Shown: in pieces, positions 19,730-31,700 of the stretch
How the letters are laid out: each line of letters opens with the position of its first letter
Numbering within the stretch: the stretch's first letter is position 1
Virus record (IMG/VR): IMGVR_UViG_3300009159_008968
Span: 32,001 to 96,000 of that record
DNA length: 64,000 nt
Reading direction: 5' to 3' (one strand)
Origin: a virus
Notes under the pieces: model-generated
The model's input: the letters and a program-made list of their open reading frames with translations, nothing else
What the model was told of the DNA's origin: nothing
Database searches by the model: none
Program-made: the position numbers and the translations under genes

Positions 19730-20032
19730 TTAATTATAGTTACTACTAAGTATTTTTGAATTAAATTCAGATAAAACATCTGATATCGGATTAGGAACTC
19801 TTATTACTGCGCCAGAGGGTATATTAAATTCCATATAATATTGTGGGTTGGCTAACAATATTAACCAATACAAAGTATCATCACCATAAGCATCTGCGGC
19901 TATTCTATCAAGTCTAGTTTTGTTTGGATTGTATGTAACAAAAATATCAGTAGATCTATTACTAATTTTTATCTTAGGAAGAGATCTCATCTCTCCATTA
20001 AATTTTAACTTTGCATATCTTGAAACTGGCAT
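19730..20032 (-). CDS. Baseplate wedge protein (T4 gp53-like / LysM-like)
   Basis: RLDRIAADAYGDDTLYWLILLAN...IRVP. Confidence 0.85.
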   Translation of the reverse strand: MPVSRYAKLKFNGEMRSLPKIKISNRSTDIFVTYNPNKTRLDRIAADAYGDDTLYWLILLANPQYYMEFNIPSGAVIRVPNPISDVLSEFNSKILSSNYN

Positions 20033-20071
20033 TTTTCTAAATTATTTTTTTTATTTTTAAAGTAAATATTA

Positions 20072-23000
20072 TTATTTTCCAAATAGACCAAACGAACTGA
20101 ATCCCTGTGCGGGTTGAAGTCCTGTTATTAATGTTCCTGAAGATGGTGTTGGTTCACCTGTAACCGGTTCATTTGGTTTTATGTCATTATCTTTTTTAAG
20201 TGTATCATCAGGATTATCTTGTGTTTTTGCTAGTATTCCAAAGAATCCGTCAGTATCACTTGCTAATGGTGGAGCAATGTCAGGATTAATACTAGCCCCA
20301 TATTTACCAAGTATTTTAAAACCAAGCGTAACGGCAACCATAAGAGGTTGTACTCCGTCTGTAACTAACCCATCTTCTTCTCCAAAGCTATCTAATGTCC
20401 AAGTCCCTTCTTTATAATCATAATCAACACTATCAAATAACACATAGTGATCAATCCAATCCCCTAATTTCATTTTACATATTGGAGGAGTTATGAAATT
20501 GAATCCGGATCTAGCACTAGGGTTTTTAGCAGGTTTAGTTAATTTTTCAATAAATTTTACTCTATTTCTAAAATCCACTTTTGAACCGGAGAAAAATGCT
20601 GGTTGAAATAATAGATTCTTTTTCATATTAGCAAGTCTATCAGCTGTTTTAGATAAAGATGAAACAACATCACCATATCTATCATCTGGAACTGTACCAG
20701 TATTTAATAAATCTGCATAAACATTATTAAATCCTTTTCTTTGTTCTGTATATATATTTTCTTCAGTTTTATTTATTAGTTCAGCTTGTTTAGCTTCTAA
20801 AGCTAATTTTTCATTGTTTAAATCTTCTATTTTTTGTGTTAAATCACTAGTTTCTCCGTTTACTGGGTTATTTAATTTTTTATTATAAACATCAAGTTGT
20901 TCATTTAATTTTATAATTTGTTCTTTAGTTGATTTTATTTCAGCTCCTAATTGGTTATCTATAGAAACACCGTTAATTTGATCTTTTGATATTGTTGTTT
21001 CTGTAAAATTATCATTAAATGTTTCTTGATACGTTGTGTATAAATTCCAATTTACACCCATATCAACTTTTTGTGCATAATCTGTTAATATGAAAAATGA
21101 AATTGTTCCCTTTCTACTGCCTTTTGAGTAAGTGTACAATGCTTCTGGTCTACCAAGGAAAAATTGTTCATTCCAATCTGCTTGAGAATTATGAGAGAAT
21201 TTTTCAATATATGGAGGAAAAAACATTTTTTTAACATCAGAAGAAGTGTCTGGTATTGCAAGATTTTCAATTGAGAATATTAAATTTTTTGAAGAGGTTG
21301 CACCTTTGTAAGGGTTTACAATAGTATATCTTTGTTTTGCTCTTTTAGGGGCTCCAAATGCATCATAACCTATGACAAATTCTCTGCTTTTTTGAGATTG
21401 GTAATTTTGATTTAATAAAGAATTACCTCCATTTCTTATAGTGTTTATGATATTACTAACTCCACGTCTATGTCTTCTAAAGTCAACCTCAATTTGTTGA
21501 GTAGGATTTGTTTGAGCCATCATTGACTGACTTGTGCCCAATTCAGTAGAAGGTGTTCCATCTAAACCAATTTCTGGTTTTAAAATTAATTCAGCATGAT
21601 TACCAAGATATAATCCTTTATTAGCATTTATAACTTGAGCAGGTACCGAATTTGTAGCCTCTTTATCTCCTTTTACACGATTCGCAAGATAATTAGGAAT
21701 ATACTGTCCCGGACCTAATCCCTTTGCAGTATAGAAAGATGCTCCAATATCACCAAATCGTCTTCCATGAAGACCCATGACATTCATTTCTAACTGTCTT
21801 TGTTGAGCAAGAGCCACCCATTCGCCATTACCTTTTACATTTTGATTAAATGAAGGTCCCATTAAGTTCCAATGTGGAAAATCAGTATCAGGACTTTGGA
21901 GAGTTGCTATAAATTGATTTTTTAATTTATTTAAAGCTCTTATTATTGCTCCATTAATATCTAAATTAGAAACTCCTAAGAAAACACTTGTTCCACCAAT
22001 AAACACATTAACACCGAGATCAAATCCATCTGGATCATTTTTTGCTAACAATGATTCTCTTATTGGCTGTGCTTCTAAATCTAAGCTTACAAATTGTGGT
22101 TGATTAGAACTTAATAAATTATCTCTTTGTGGTTGTGCTAAAGCATCTAAATTTATTTGATTAATTTGATTACTAGATAATAAATTAGTTCTAAATGGAG
22201 CAACTAAATTATCTAAATCAATTATTGATGGGATGTTATTTGCTAATAAAGCATTTCTTTCAGAATTAGCAAGTGCATCTAAATCAATATTTGAAGGTAC
22301 ATTGCTTGACAACAATGTTGTTCTTATTGGAGCAGCTACAGCGTCCAAATCCAAAAACTGTGCTTGATTAAATGCTAATAAATTATTTCTTGGACTTACA
22401 GATTCTATATCTAAATCTATGTTACTAGGAACATTCTTTACTAATAAATTAGTTCTTGGATTAACAGCCTCTGCATCTAAATCAACAAACTGAGGTTGAT
22501 TTATTGCTAACAAATTAGATCTAATGCCAGCTGCTTCTGCATCTAAATCAACTAATAAAGTGTTAACATTTTTAGCTAATAAAGATAATCTTTCTTGTTG
22601 TGCTTGAGAATCTAAATTTACTAATAGAGTATTAACATTTTTAGCTAATAATAAAGATCTCTCTTGTTGTGCTTGAGCATCTAAATCTACTAATAATGTA
22701 TTAACATTAAATCCAAATAAATTTAAGCGTACAGATGTTGCTAAACTATCTAGATTTATTGTTGATGGTACATTAGCTGATATTAAATCATTTCTATAAC
22801 TCGCTGAAAGTTGATCTAAGTCAAATAACCTTATAACATTAGATCCTACTAATTTTTCTCGAATAGGCTGAGCTGTTGCATCTAAATCATTTACTAATAT
22901 TTTAGAATTTGCAACTAAAAGATTTTTTCTTAGTGGCTCAGAGAATTTATCAAGACTAATAAATTGAGGAACATTAAATGATAATAAATTTTCCCTTGCA

Positions 23001-26000
23001 GCGTTAGCTGTTTTTTCAAGATCTTGTGTTATAATAGAATTGTTTTTAGCTAAAATTTCTTCTCTATTTCGAGAAGCTATTTTATCCAAATCAATGTTTT
23101 TTATATTTTGATTACTAGTTAATGCATTTAATCTTGGTTGAGCTGATATGTTATCTAAGCTTATAAATTGAGGTTGATTAAAACCTAAAAGATTGTTTCT
23201 GGAATTCAAAGCTATTCCTTCAATATCAATTTTACTCGCAACATTTTTTTGTAAAATGTCTTTTCTATTAGAAGCAGCGATAGCATCTAAATCAATTGCT
23301 AGTATTTGAGTGTTTCTTGTTAATAGATCTTTTCTATATGGTTCTGCTGCTTTATCTAAATCAGGAAATTGAGGTATATTTTTAACAATTAATGATCTTC
23401 TTAATGTTTCTGCATTTCCATCTAAATCAATAAGAGTTGGAATATTTTTACTTAAAATATTAATTCTTTGCTCACTTGCAGTAGCATCTAAATCTATTTG
23501 TTTTATATTGTTTCTAGAAATAGCATTTACTCTAATTGGTAAAGCAATAGCATCAAGATCCACAAACTGAACTTGATTAAATGAAACTAAATTATTTCTG
23601 ATTGCCTGTGCTTGTGCATCTAAATCAAAAAGTTTAGTTTCGTTTTTACCTAATAAGTTGGTTCTTTCAATTTCTGCTAATTTATCTAAATCAATAACTC
23701 CATAAATATTTTTACTAACCAAGTTATTTCTAACTACAGTTGCAGTCTTATCAAGGTCAATTAATGTTGTTTGATTCTTCGATAACAAATCTTGTCTTTG
23801 ACTTACTGACAATGTATCTAAATCAATAAATTGAGCTCTATTAAATGCTAATAAATTATTTCTTAAACTTACAGAATCTTTATCTAAATCAACAAGGCTA
23901 ATCTGATTGAATTTTAATAATGCTACTCTGTTTGGAGCAGACAAATCATCAAGATTAAGTGATTTTTCTATGTTTTTCCCAATAAGAGTTTCTCTTATAG
24001 TTTGTGCTTGAAGATCTAAATCGAAAAATTTATACTCATTACTTTTAAGTAATAATTTTCTATATTGTTCAGACAAAGAATCTAGATTAATTCTTGCTTC
24101 TTCATTTTTGCTTAATAAATTATTTCTTTGATCATTTGAAATATTATCAAGATCAATAATTTTTGTTTCATTTTTACTTAAAGAAACAGTTCTTATTTCT
24201 AAACCTAATTTATCAAGATCAATTAATTTTCCGGAGTTTGCAGTAAGTAATTTATATCTTATTGTATTTGCTTGATTGTCTAAATCAAAATATTTTATTT
24301 GATTTTTAGAAACAAGATTACTTCTTATTTTTGTGGCCTGAGAATCAAGATTTATTGGAGTTCCTTCGTTTTTATTAACTAGAGTTTTTCTAATTTCAGA
24401 AGCTTGAGTATCTAATAAATCATTTTTTTCAGTATAATTATTTTTACTTAGTAATTTTTCTCTTTGAGTAATTGATGCTTTTTCAATATCAATAGTATTG
24501 GTTAAATTTTTACCAATAAGATTATTTCTTATTAACTGAGCTTCAAATTCAAGATCAACTATTTTACTTCTATTTTTACTTAAAAGATTAGTTCTAGTAA
24601 TTAAAACAAGTTCATCAGTTTGTACTGAAGTAGAATTTTCGTGATTAGCTTTTAATAAATTATCTCTATAAAAACGTGCTAGTTTATCAAGATCAGCAAC
24701 ATTGACAATATTTTTTGTTATCAATCCTTGTCTGATTGTATATGCTTTATCATCTAAATTTATCGCTTCAAAATTAACATTCTTAGATAAAGCATTTGTT
24801 CGTGCCTTTAAAGATATTAACTCTAGATTGGCTTCTACAATTTCATTTTTAGCTAATAGATTCCTTCTGATTTCTAATGCATTAGTATCTAGAGTAGTAT
24901 CAATAATTTTTTTGATATTACTATTTTTAACCAATAAATTAGTTCTTGTGTTTCTTGCAATTATTTCTAATTCATCACTTAAATTTTCATTATTTTTTGC
25001 TAATAAATTTTTTCTAGGATTAGCAGCAATATCTTCTAATATCCTATTAAAGGTGTCATCATAAGTATTTTTACTCAACAGTTGATTACGATATGTAACA
25101 CCAACAGAATCTAAATCTATTAACTTATTTAAATTTTTAGTAATTAATCTAGTTCTTTCAGGTAACGCAACATCATCAAGATTTAAATCACCAAAATTCT
25201 GATTTTTTGCAAGTAAAGGTAATCTTACTGTTTCAGAAAGATTATCTAAAGCACCATTAGCTTCTGTATAATAATTTTTACTTAAGAGATTTGCCCTTTG
25301 ATTAATCGAAAGAATATCAATATCAATTAAATTAGAAACATTTTTAGAAATTAAATTATTTCTTAAACGTTCTGATTCAGTATCAAGACCCTTAAAGTTT
25401 GATTGATTCTTGGCTAAAAGTTCTTTTCTGTAATTTTCAGATTCTAAATCCTTATTGACTACATCTAAATACTGATTTGATTTTAATAAATTTAATCTTT
25501 GTATTTCAGCTTGTTCATCAAGATTTATTAAATTAGTTTGATTTTTTGCTAATAAATTATTTCTATATACTTGTATTTCTTTTTCAAGTTCTAGTTGATT
25601 AACTATTTGATTAGAACTTAAAAGATTATTTCTTATTTCCTGAGCAGCTTTATCTAAATCAACAACTTTGTTTTGATTTTTAGTTAATAGATTTGCTCTT
25701 TGATTAATTGATAACGTATCAATATTTATAAGATTACTAACATTTTTAGATATAAGTTTATTTCTAGTTGTTTCCGCTTCACTATCTAAATCAACAGTTT
25801 TATTTTGGTTTTTTGCTAGTAAATTATTTCTAAATACATTTGTCTGATCTTCTAATTCAGATTCATCAATTATTTGATTAGATTTTAATAAATTATTTCT
25901 TTGTATTTCCGCTTGTTTATCTAAGTCAAATAGTTTTATTGAATTTTTTGCAACAAGTGTTAACCTTTGATTAATTGCTAATTTTTCAAGATCTACCGGT

Positions 26001-28738
26001 TCGTTTTGATTTTTATTTAATAAGTTGTTTCTGAAATCTAGTGCAAAATCATCCAGATCAATAATATTGGTTTGATTCTTTGCTAATAAATTTTTTCTTA
26101 TTAATTGTACATCTCTCTCAATTTCTAATTGATTTAATATTTGATTGGAACTTAAAAGATTGTTTCTAATTTCTTGAGCAGCTTTATCTAAATCAACTGT
26201 CTTAGTTTGATTTCTAACAAGTAAATTTTGTCTAATTGAATTATAATCAAGCCCTAATTCATTAATTATCTGATTTGATTTTAATAAATTATTTCTTGTG
26301 TCTACAGCCAGTTCATCTAAATCAATAATCTTAGTTTGGTTCTTTGCTAAAATACTAAGCCTGTAATTATCTGTATTTCTTTCTAAATCTGCTTCAGTCG
26401 CTACTTGATTAGATTTTAACAAATTATTTCTTTGCGTTTCCGCTTGTTTATCTAAGTCAAATAACTGTATTGAATTTTTTGCTACTAGGGTTAATCTTTG
26501 GTTAATTGCTAGTTGCTCAAGATTTACTGGTTCATTTTGATTTTTATTTAATAAATCATTTCTAAAGTTTACAGCAAATTGATCAAGATCAACTATTGTA
26601 GTTTGATTTCTAGCTAATAAATTTTTTCTTATACCATCAACATCATCTAAATTTGTTACTAATCCGACAATTTGATTATATTTTAAAATATTAGCTCTTT
26701 GAGTTTCTGCTAATTTATCTAAATCAAATTCTTTTATTTGATTTTTTGTTAATAAATTAAATCTTTGATTAATTGAAAGAATGTCAATGTTTATAAGATT
26801 ACTAACATTTTTAGAAATCAATCTATTTCTACTAGTTTCAGCCTCACTATCTAGATCAACAGATTTGGTTTGGTTTTTAGCCAAAATACCTAATCTTATT
26901 AAATCATAATTAACTTTATTCTCACTAACAATTTCATTCTTACTTAATAAATTATTTCTATTAGCTTCTGCTAATTTATCAAGGTCAAATAAATTATAAA
27001 CATTTTTAACTACAAGAGTTGATCTAACTTTTCCAGCAACTTCATCAAGAGAAAATTCTTCAATTTGATTTTTATTTAAAGAAGCCAATCTTATTTCACT
27101 AGATAATGCATCTAAATCAAAAAGTTGATTTTGATTCCTTGCTAATAAATTTTTTCTAACATCATCAAAATTCTTATCTTGTGGATCTATAATTTGATTT
27201 TTAGCAACTAATGTTGTCCTGATTCTATTAGCAACAACCTCAAGATTTTCTTTATTTAAATTTTCATTTTTAGCTAATAAATTAAGTCTTTGATTTATTG
27301 AAGTTTCGTCTAATATATTATTTGGACCACCTTCAAAAGTGTTTTTTGATAATAATGTATCTCTTATATCTTTTGCTAGAGCATCAACATCAAAAATATT
27401 TTTTAAATTTTTACTTAAAATTTTAAATCTAGCTTCAGTAGCTGTTTTTTCTAAATTATTTTCAGTAGTGTTCTCGTTTTTAGCAAGAGAATTATTACGA
27501 AATAATTCAGATTGCTTATCTAATAGACCATTTGATTCTGTATATATATTTCTTTTTAATAAATTAGATCTTTGATTAATTGATAAAAGATCAATGTTTA
27601 TTAAGTTAGAAAGATTCTTAGAAAGTAATTGGTTTCTTAATTCTTCAGTATTTTTTTCTAAATCTGCCGGAGGAACACTGTTTCTAGCTAACAAATTAAG
27701 TCTATATTGATCTTGCTTTGCTACCTCCTGTTCAACAGTAGAAGAAACTTGATTTGATTTTAATAGATTGTTTCTGTTACTTTCAGATAATTTATCTAAA
27801 TCAATTGTATTATAAATGTTTTTACTTAAAAGAGATAATCTTAGAGATGAATAATCTGTTGGATTTTTACCATTTAAAGAATTTTTACTTAAACTGGAAT
27901 TCCTTATATCTTCAGATAGTTTATCTAAATCTATTTCTCTTATTTCATTTTTAGCTAATAAACTATTTCTAACCACCACAAAATCGTTATCCATAACATT
28001 CTGAATAACTTGGTTTTTATTTAATAGTGTATTTCTTATTTCTTCTGAAGATTTATCAATATCATAAACTCCAAATTGAGAGTTTTTAGCTAATAAATTA
28101 TTTCTTTGATCATTTGATAAACTATCTAAAATTTGAGTATTGTTTTCAAATGTATTTTTCGCCAATAATCCACTTCTTATTTTTTCTGCAGCAATTTCTA
28201 CATCTACTAATGTGTTTAAATTTTTACTTAATAAATTAAACCTAGTAACATTAGCAGTTCTTTCAACACTATCTGGATTTACTATTTCATTTTTAGGTAA
28301 TAGATTTTGTCTGGCTAATGTAGCAGTTCTGTCTACTTTACCATATAATTGAGATTCATTTTTTGCTAATAAAGATAATCTAGTTTTTTCTGATAATTCC
28401 TCAAGATCTTGATTAGAATTTAATAAAATATTTTTTGAAATAAGATTTTCTCTAATTGTTTTTGATATTTCTTCTGTATCAGAAATATTTTGAACGTTTT
28501 TAGATAATAAAAGTGTTCTTAAATATTGAGAATTTTCATCTAAATTAGCAACAATTGATTGATTTTTGGCCAATAGATCCTTTCTTACCTTATAGGCATC
28601 ATATATATTTTTTGGAAAAGGGACATTTTTACTCAGTAACTGTTGTCTTACCGAATCTGTATATCCACCAAAAAACTCTTCAAATTTAGTCCTTTGCCTA
28701 CGTTCTTCTTCTGACTCAAAAGGAAAATCTTCAATCAT
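20072..28738 (-). CDS. Giant repeat protein with C-terminal baseplate/tube-like domain
   Basis: 2888 aa; about 2200 aa of DLDxxAxxxRxxLLxKN repeats; C-terminal FFPPYI..F...W....LGRPE.LYTY....R...ISF and PPICKMKLGD; lies between tape measure and wedge genes. Confidence 0.85.
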   Translation of the reverse strand: MIEDFPFESEEERRQRTKFEEFFGGYTDSVRQQLLSKNVPFPKNIYDAYKVRKDLLAKNQSIVANLDENSQYLRTLLLSKNVQNISDTEEISKTIRENLISKNILLNSNQDLEELSEKTRLSLLAKNESQLYGKVDRTATLARQNLLPKNEIVNPDSVERTANVTRFNLLSKNLNTLVDVEIAAEKIRSGLLAKNTFENNTQILDSLSNDQRNNLLAKNSQFGVYDIDKSSEEIRNTLLNKNQVIQNVMDNDFVVVRNSLLAKNEIREIDLDKLSEDIRNSSLSKNSLNGKNPTDYSSLRLSLLSKNIYNTIDLDKLSESNRNNLLKSNQVSSTVEQEVAKQDQYRLNLLARNSVPPADLEKNTEELRNQLLSKNLSNLINIDLLSINQRSNLLKRNIYTESNGLLDKQSELFRNNSLAKNENTTENNLEKTATEARFKILSKNLKNIFDVDALAKDIRDTLLSKNTFEGGPNNILDETSINQRLNLLAKNENLNKENLEVVANRIRTTLVAKNQIIDPQDKNFDDVRKNLLARNQNQLFDLDALSSEIRLASLNKNQIEEFSLDEVAGKVRSTLVVKNVYNLFDLDKLAEANRNNLLSKNEIVSENKVNYDLIRLGILAKNQTKSVDLDSEAETSRNRLISKNVSNLINIDILSINQRFNLLTKNQIKEFDLDKLAETQRANILKYNQIVGLVTNLDDVDGIRKNLLARNQTTIVDLDQFAVNFRNDLLNKNQNEPVNLEQLAINQRLTLVAKNSIQLFDLDKQAETQRNNLLKSNQVATEADLERNTDNYRLSILAKNQTKIIDLDELAVDTRNNLLKSNQIINELGLDYNSIRQNLLVRNQTKTVDLDKAAQEIRNNLLSSNQILNQLEIERDVQLIRKNLLAKNQTNIIDLDDFALDFRNNLLNKNQNEPVDLEKLAINQRLTLVAKNSIKLFDLDKQAEIQRNNLLKSNQIIDESELEDQTNVFRNNLLAKNQNKTVDLDSEAETTRNKLISKNVSNLINIDTLSINQRANLLTKNQNKVVDLDKAAQEIRNNLLSSNQIVNQLELEKEIQVYRNNLLAKNQTNLINLDEQAEIQRLNLLKSNQYLDVVNKDLESENYRKELLAKNQSNFKGLDTESERLRNNLISKNVSNLIDIDILSINQRANLLSKNYYTEANGALDNLSETVRLPLLAKNQNFGDLNLDDVALPERTRLITKNLNKLIDLDSVGVTYRNQLLSKNTYDDTFNRILEDIAANPRKNLLAKNNENLSDELEIIARNTRTNLLVKNSNIKKIIDTTLDTNALEIRRNLLAKNEIVEANLELISLKARTNALSKNVNFEAINLDDKAYTIRQGLITKNIVNVADLDKLARFYRDNLLKANHENSTSVQTDELVLITRTNLLSKNRSKIVDLEFEAQLIRNNLIGKNLTNTIDIEKASITQREKLLSKNNYTEKNDLLDTQASEIRKTLVNKNEGTPINLDSQATKIRSNLVSKNQIKYFDLDNQANTIRYKLLTANSGKLIDLDKLGLEIRTVSLSKNETKIIDLDNISNDQRNNLLSKNEEARINLDSLSEQYRKLLLKSNEYKFFDLDLQAQTIRETLIGKNIEKSLNLDDLSAPNRVALLKFNQISLVDLDKDSVSLRNNLLAFNRAQFIDLDTLSVSQRQDLLSKNQTTLIDLDKTATVVRNNLVSKNIYGVIDLDKLAEIERTNLLGKNETKLFDLDAQAQAIRNNLVSFNQVQFVDLDAIALPIRVNAISRNNIKQIDLDATASEQRINILSKNIPTLIDLDGNAETLRRSLIVKNIPQFPDLDKAAEPYRKDLLTRNTQILAIDLDAIAASNRKDILQKNVASKIDIEGIALNSRNNLLGFNQPQFISLDNISAQPRLNALTSNQNIKNIDLDKIASRNREEILAKNNSIITQDLEKTANAARENLLSFNVPQFISLDKFSEPLRKNLLVANSKILVNDLDATAQPIREKLVGSNVIRLFDLDQLSASYRNDLISANVPSTINLDSLATSVRLNLFGFNVNTLLVDLDAQAQQERSLLLAKNVNTLLVNLDSQAQQERLSLLAKNVNTLLVDLDAEAAGIRSNLLAINQPQFVDLDAEAVNPRTNLLVKNVPSNIDLDIESVSPRNNLLAFNQAQFLDLDAVAAPIRTTLLSSNVPSNIDLDALANSERNALLANNIPSIIDLDNLVAPFRTNLLSSNQINQINLDALAQPQRDNLLSSNQPQFVSLDLEAQPIRESLLAKNDPDGFDLGVNVFIGGTSVFLGVSNLDINGAIIRALNKLKNQFIATLQSPDTDFPHWNLMGPSFNQNVKGNGEWVALAQQRQLEMNVMGLHGRRFGDIGASFYTAKGLGPGQYIPNYLANRVKGDKEATNSVPAQVINANKGLYLGNHAELILKPEIGLDGTPSTELGTSQSMMAQTNPTQQIEVDFRRHRRGVSNIINTIRNGGNSLLNQNYQSQKSREFVIGYDAFGAPKRAKQRYTIVNPYKGATSSKNLIFSIENLAIPDTSSDVKKMFFPPYIEKFSHNSQADWNEQFFLGRPEALYTYSKGSRKGTISFFILTDYAQKVDMGVNWNLYTTYQETFNDNFTETTISKDQINGVSIDNQLGAEIKSTKEQIIKLNEQLDVYNKKLNNPVNGETSDLTQKIEDLNNEKLALEAKQAELINKTEENIYTEQRKGFNNVYADLLNTGTVPDDRYGDVVSSLSKTADRLANMKKNLLFQPAFFSGSKVDFRNRVKFIEKLTKPAKNPSARSGFNFITPPICKMKLGDWIDHYVLFDSVDYDYKEGTWTLDSFGEEDGLVTDGVQPLMVAVTLGFKILGKYGASINPDIAPPLASDTDGFFGILAKTQDNPDDTLKKDNDIKPNEPVTGEPTPSSGTLITGLQPAQGFSSFGLFGK
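22036..28650 (-). repeat. About 100 degenerate ~22-aa (66-bp) coding repeats with higher-order duplications
   Basis: R-to-R spacing counted as 22-23 aa in several units; block duplication at 531 nt offset (25990 vs 26521). Confidence 0.9.
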
Positions 28739-28797
28739 TAATTATAGTTTAGTAATAAATATAAACTATAAAAAAAAACTGAATAAATAATGTAAAA

Positions 28798-31700
28798 TTA
28801 AGTTCTATTATAATTAGCTTCAACAATTAATTGTTGTAACTGTCTACCGTTCAATTTCAAATCAATTTGAATAGGTTTAATTTGTACAACTTGAACACCT
28901 CCACCAGAATTACCGCCACCTACATTATTTGCGCCAGTTCTTCCTGCAACATTTTCAGTTCTATTAACTGTAGGTTGTGCTATTGCACTTTGCTTTAATC
29001 TATTAGTTTGATCTGTTATAACTGGTTTTGGTGCATTTGCTACAGTTTTTAATCTTTCACTTTCTTTTGAGTAATTTGACATAGATTGTGTAGAAAGTGC
29101 AAAATTTGATGATAATCCTGTTAAAGATCTTCCTAGAACCCCAAATGTAGCAGCCATAGCTAGAATTCCCGGAGCTGCTAAAAGTCCTTTAAATCCAAAA
29201 TTTATAAGCGTACTAAGCAATCCATTAAGCGTTGGAAGAGCAGTTCCTATAATTGTCCATGGAATGCTTGCAAATGTTACAAAACCTATACTAGCTTTTT
29301 GTAATGATCTTCCTAATGTTGCTAAAGCCAAACTTGCTGAAAACAATAATGGAGCAACTAAACCTATTGATGAAAACTTTAATAAAGTAGGAGTCAAGCC
29401 ACCTAAAATTGGAGCAGATATCGCTAAACCTTTCAAATCTAACCTAGACACTGCAGCTAATGATCTAAAAATTCTAGATACACCAGCAGCAGCAATAATT
29501 GCAGGAACTATAAATGGAGTTATTACTGACCACAATGTAATTGCAGTTAACATATTTTTACCACTAGCACTTAAAGTTTCAGCTAATCCCACTATTGGTT
29601 TTGAATCAATAATAGCTATACTCAAAAGAATTCTGCTTAATTTTCTTAAACCATAAGCAGTTAATATTGCAGGAGCTATTGCAAATGTAATTGTAGCAAA
29701 CTTTAATAAAGATTTTAAAATAGGAGTTGATGTTGAACTTAGAGAAGTACTTATACTAGATAAATTTTTAACTTGAATTTGTTGAACCGAACTAAGTATT
29801 TTTGAAAGTTTAACTAGTGATTTTGCCGCTATAATAGCTGGTAAAATTGCTAAATTTATAGAACTTAATTTGATTAATCCTTTAAATATTTGACCTGATT
29901 CTTTATTTATTACACTTCCAATACTAGATAAACCCTTAGAAAGAGTAACTGGTATTTGATTTATTATTTTAGATAAAACAACTAATAATTTTGCTGCTAT
30001 AATAGCTGGTAATAACAAAATATTAGAAGATCCCAATTTAATTACACCTTTAAAAACATTTGAAGCATTTGAATTTAATACAGTTCCAATACTAGCTAAA
30101 TTTTTACTGTTTATTGGTAAAATTTGATTTATTAATTTTGAAATAGTAACTAAACCTTTTGCTGCAATAATAGCGGGTATAATAAATATAGATGCAAAAC
30201 CAATCTTTCTTACACCAGATGATAACGAACTTCCTGATGACGTTAAGCTCGTTCCTATATTAGTCAAAGTTTTTGAGTTTATAGGTGAAATATTTTTTAA
30301 TATATTACTTACTGTTGCTATTCCTTTTGCAGCTATAATAGCTGGTAATATAAACAATCCAGCTGTGGATAATTTCAATAAACCTTTTGTTATTGGACCA
30401 CTAACTGAATTAAGTGTATTTCCTACATTAGATAATAATTTGAAATTTACATCAGATGTAGATTTCAATAATTTTGTAATTAGAACCAATGAGGTTGCTG
30501 CAGTTATAGCCGGTATTGCAAATGTTCCTGCTAATCCTAGTTTTAATAAACCTTTAGCTATCGGACCACTTGCTGAATTGATGGCAGTTCCTATAGTCAC
30601 CAATTTAACCAAATTAATTGGTGAAGCTAAATTTAATAATTTGGTAATTGTAACCAATCCTATGGAACCAGCTATCGCTGGAACAGTTAAAATACTTATT
30701 CCAGAGAATTTCATTAATCCCATAAATAATTTACCAGCTGAACTAGAAAGTGCTGAACCTAATTTTATTAATTTTTCACCACTAACTAAACTTACTCTGC
30801 TTAAGAATGTAGATATTTTCATTACACCTGCAGACGCTGCAATTGCTGGTAAAACAAATAAAGAAATACCACTGAATTTAATTAATCCTTTAAGAATTGA
30901 TCCGGCTGTACTGTTTAACACAAAACCTATATTAAACATTTTTTTGAAATCTATACTTGTAGTTTTAGATAACAATTTAGTTACTACAATTAATCCTGTA
31001 GATGCAATTATTGCAGGTAATGTAAACACTCCAACTAGTGCTAATTTTGCTAATCCTTTTGCTATGGGACCACTTGTATTATTTAATGTCAAACCAATAT
31101 TTGACATTTTTTTCATATCTAAATTTGAAGATAAATTTAATAATCTTGTTACTACTACTAAACTTGCTGCAGCAGCAACTGCTGGTATAGCAACAAAACC
31201 TACTAATGCTAATTTAGCTAAACCTTTAGCAATAGCACCACTGGTACTATTTAAAGTAAAACCAATATTTGACAATTTTTTATAACTTAAATCAGAAGAT
31301 GTATTTAAAAATTTGGTAACAACAGAAATACTTTTAGCAGCTGCTATTGCCGGAATAGCAACTAAACTAACTAAAGATAATTTTGCTAAACCTTTAGCTA
31401 TAGGACCTGCAGTATTATTCAATGTAAAACCAATGTTTGACATTTTTCTATAACTAATATAGGAAGATTTATTTAATAATGTAGTTACTACAGCTAAACT
31501 AGCTGTTGCTGCAATTGCTGGTATTGCGTAGAATCCTACCAGTGCTAATTTTGCTAAACCTTTTGCAATTCTTCCACTAGTGCTTGATAATGTATAAGCT
31601 ATGTTAGACATTTTTTTGAAATCTAGTGGTATAGCACTTTTTAGAATATTAGTTATTTTGACTAAACCTAATGCAGCTGCAATTGCTGGAATAATAACTA

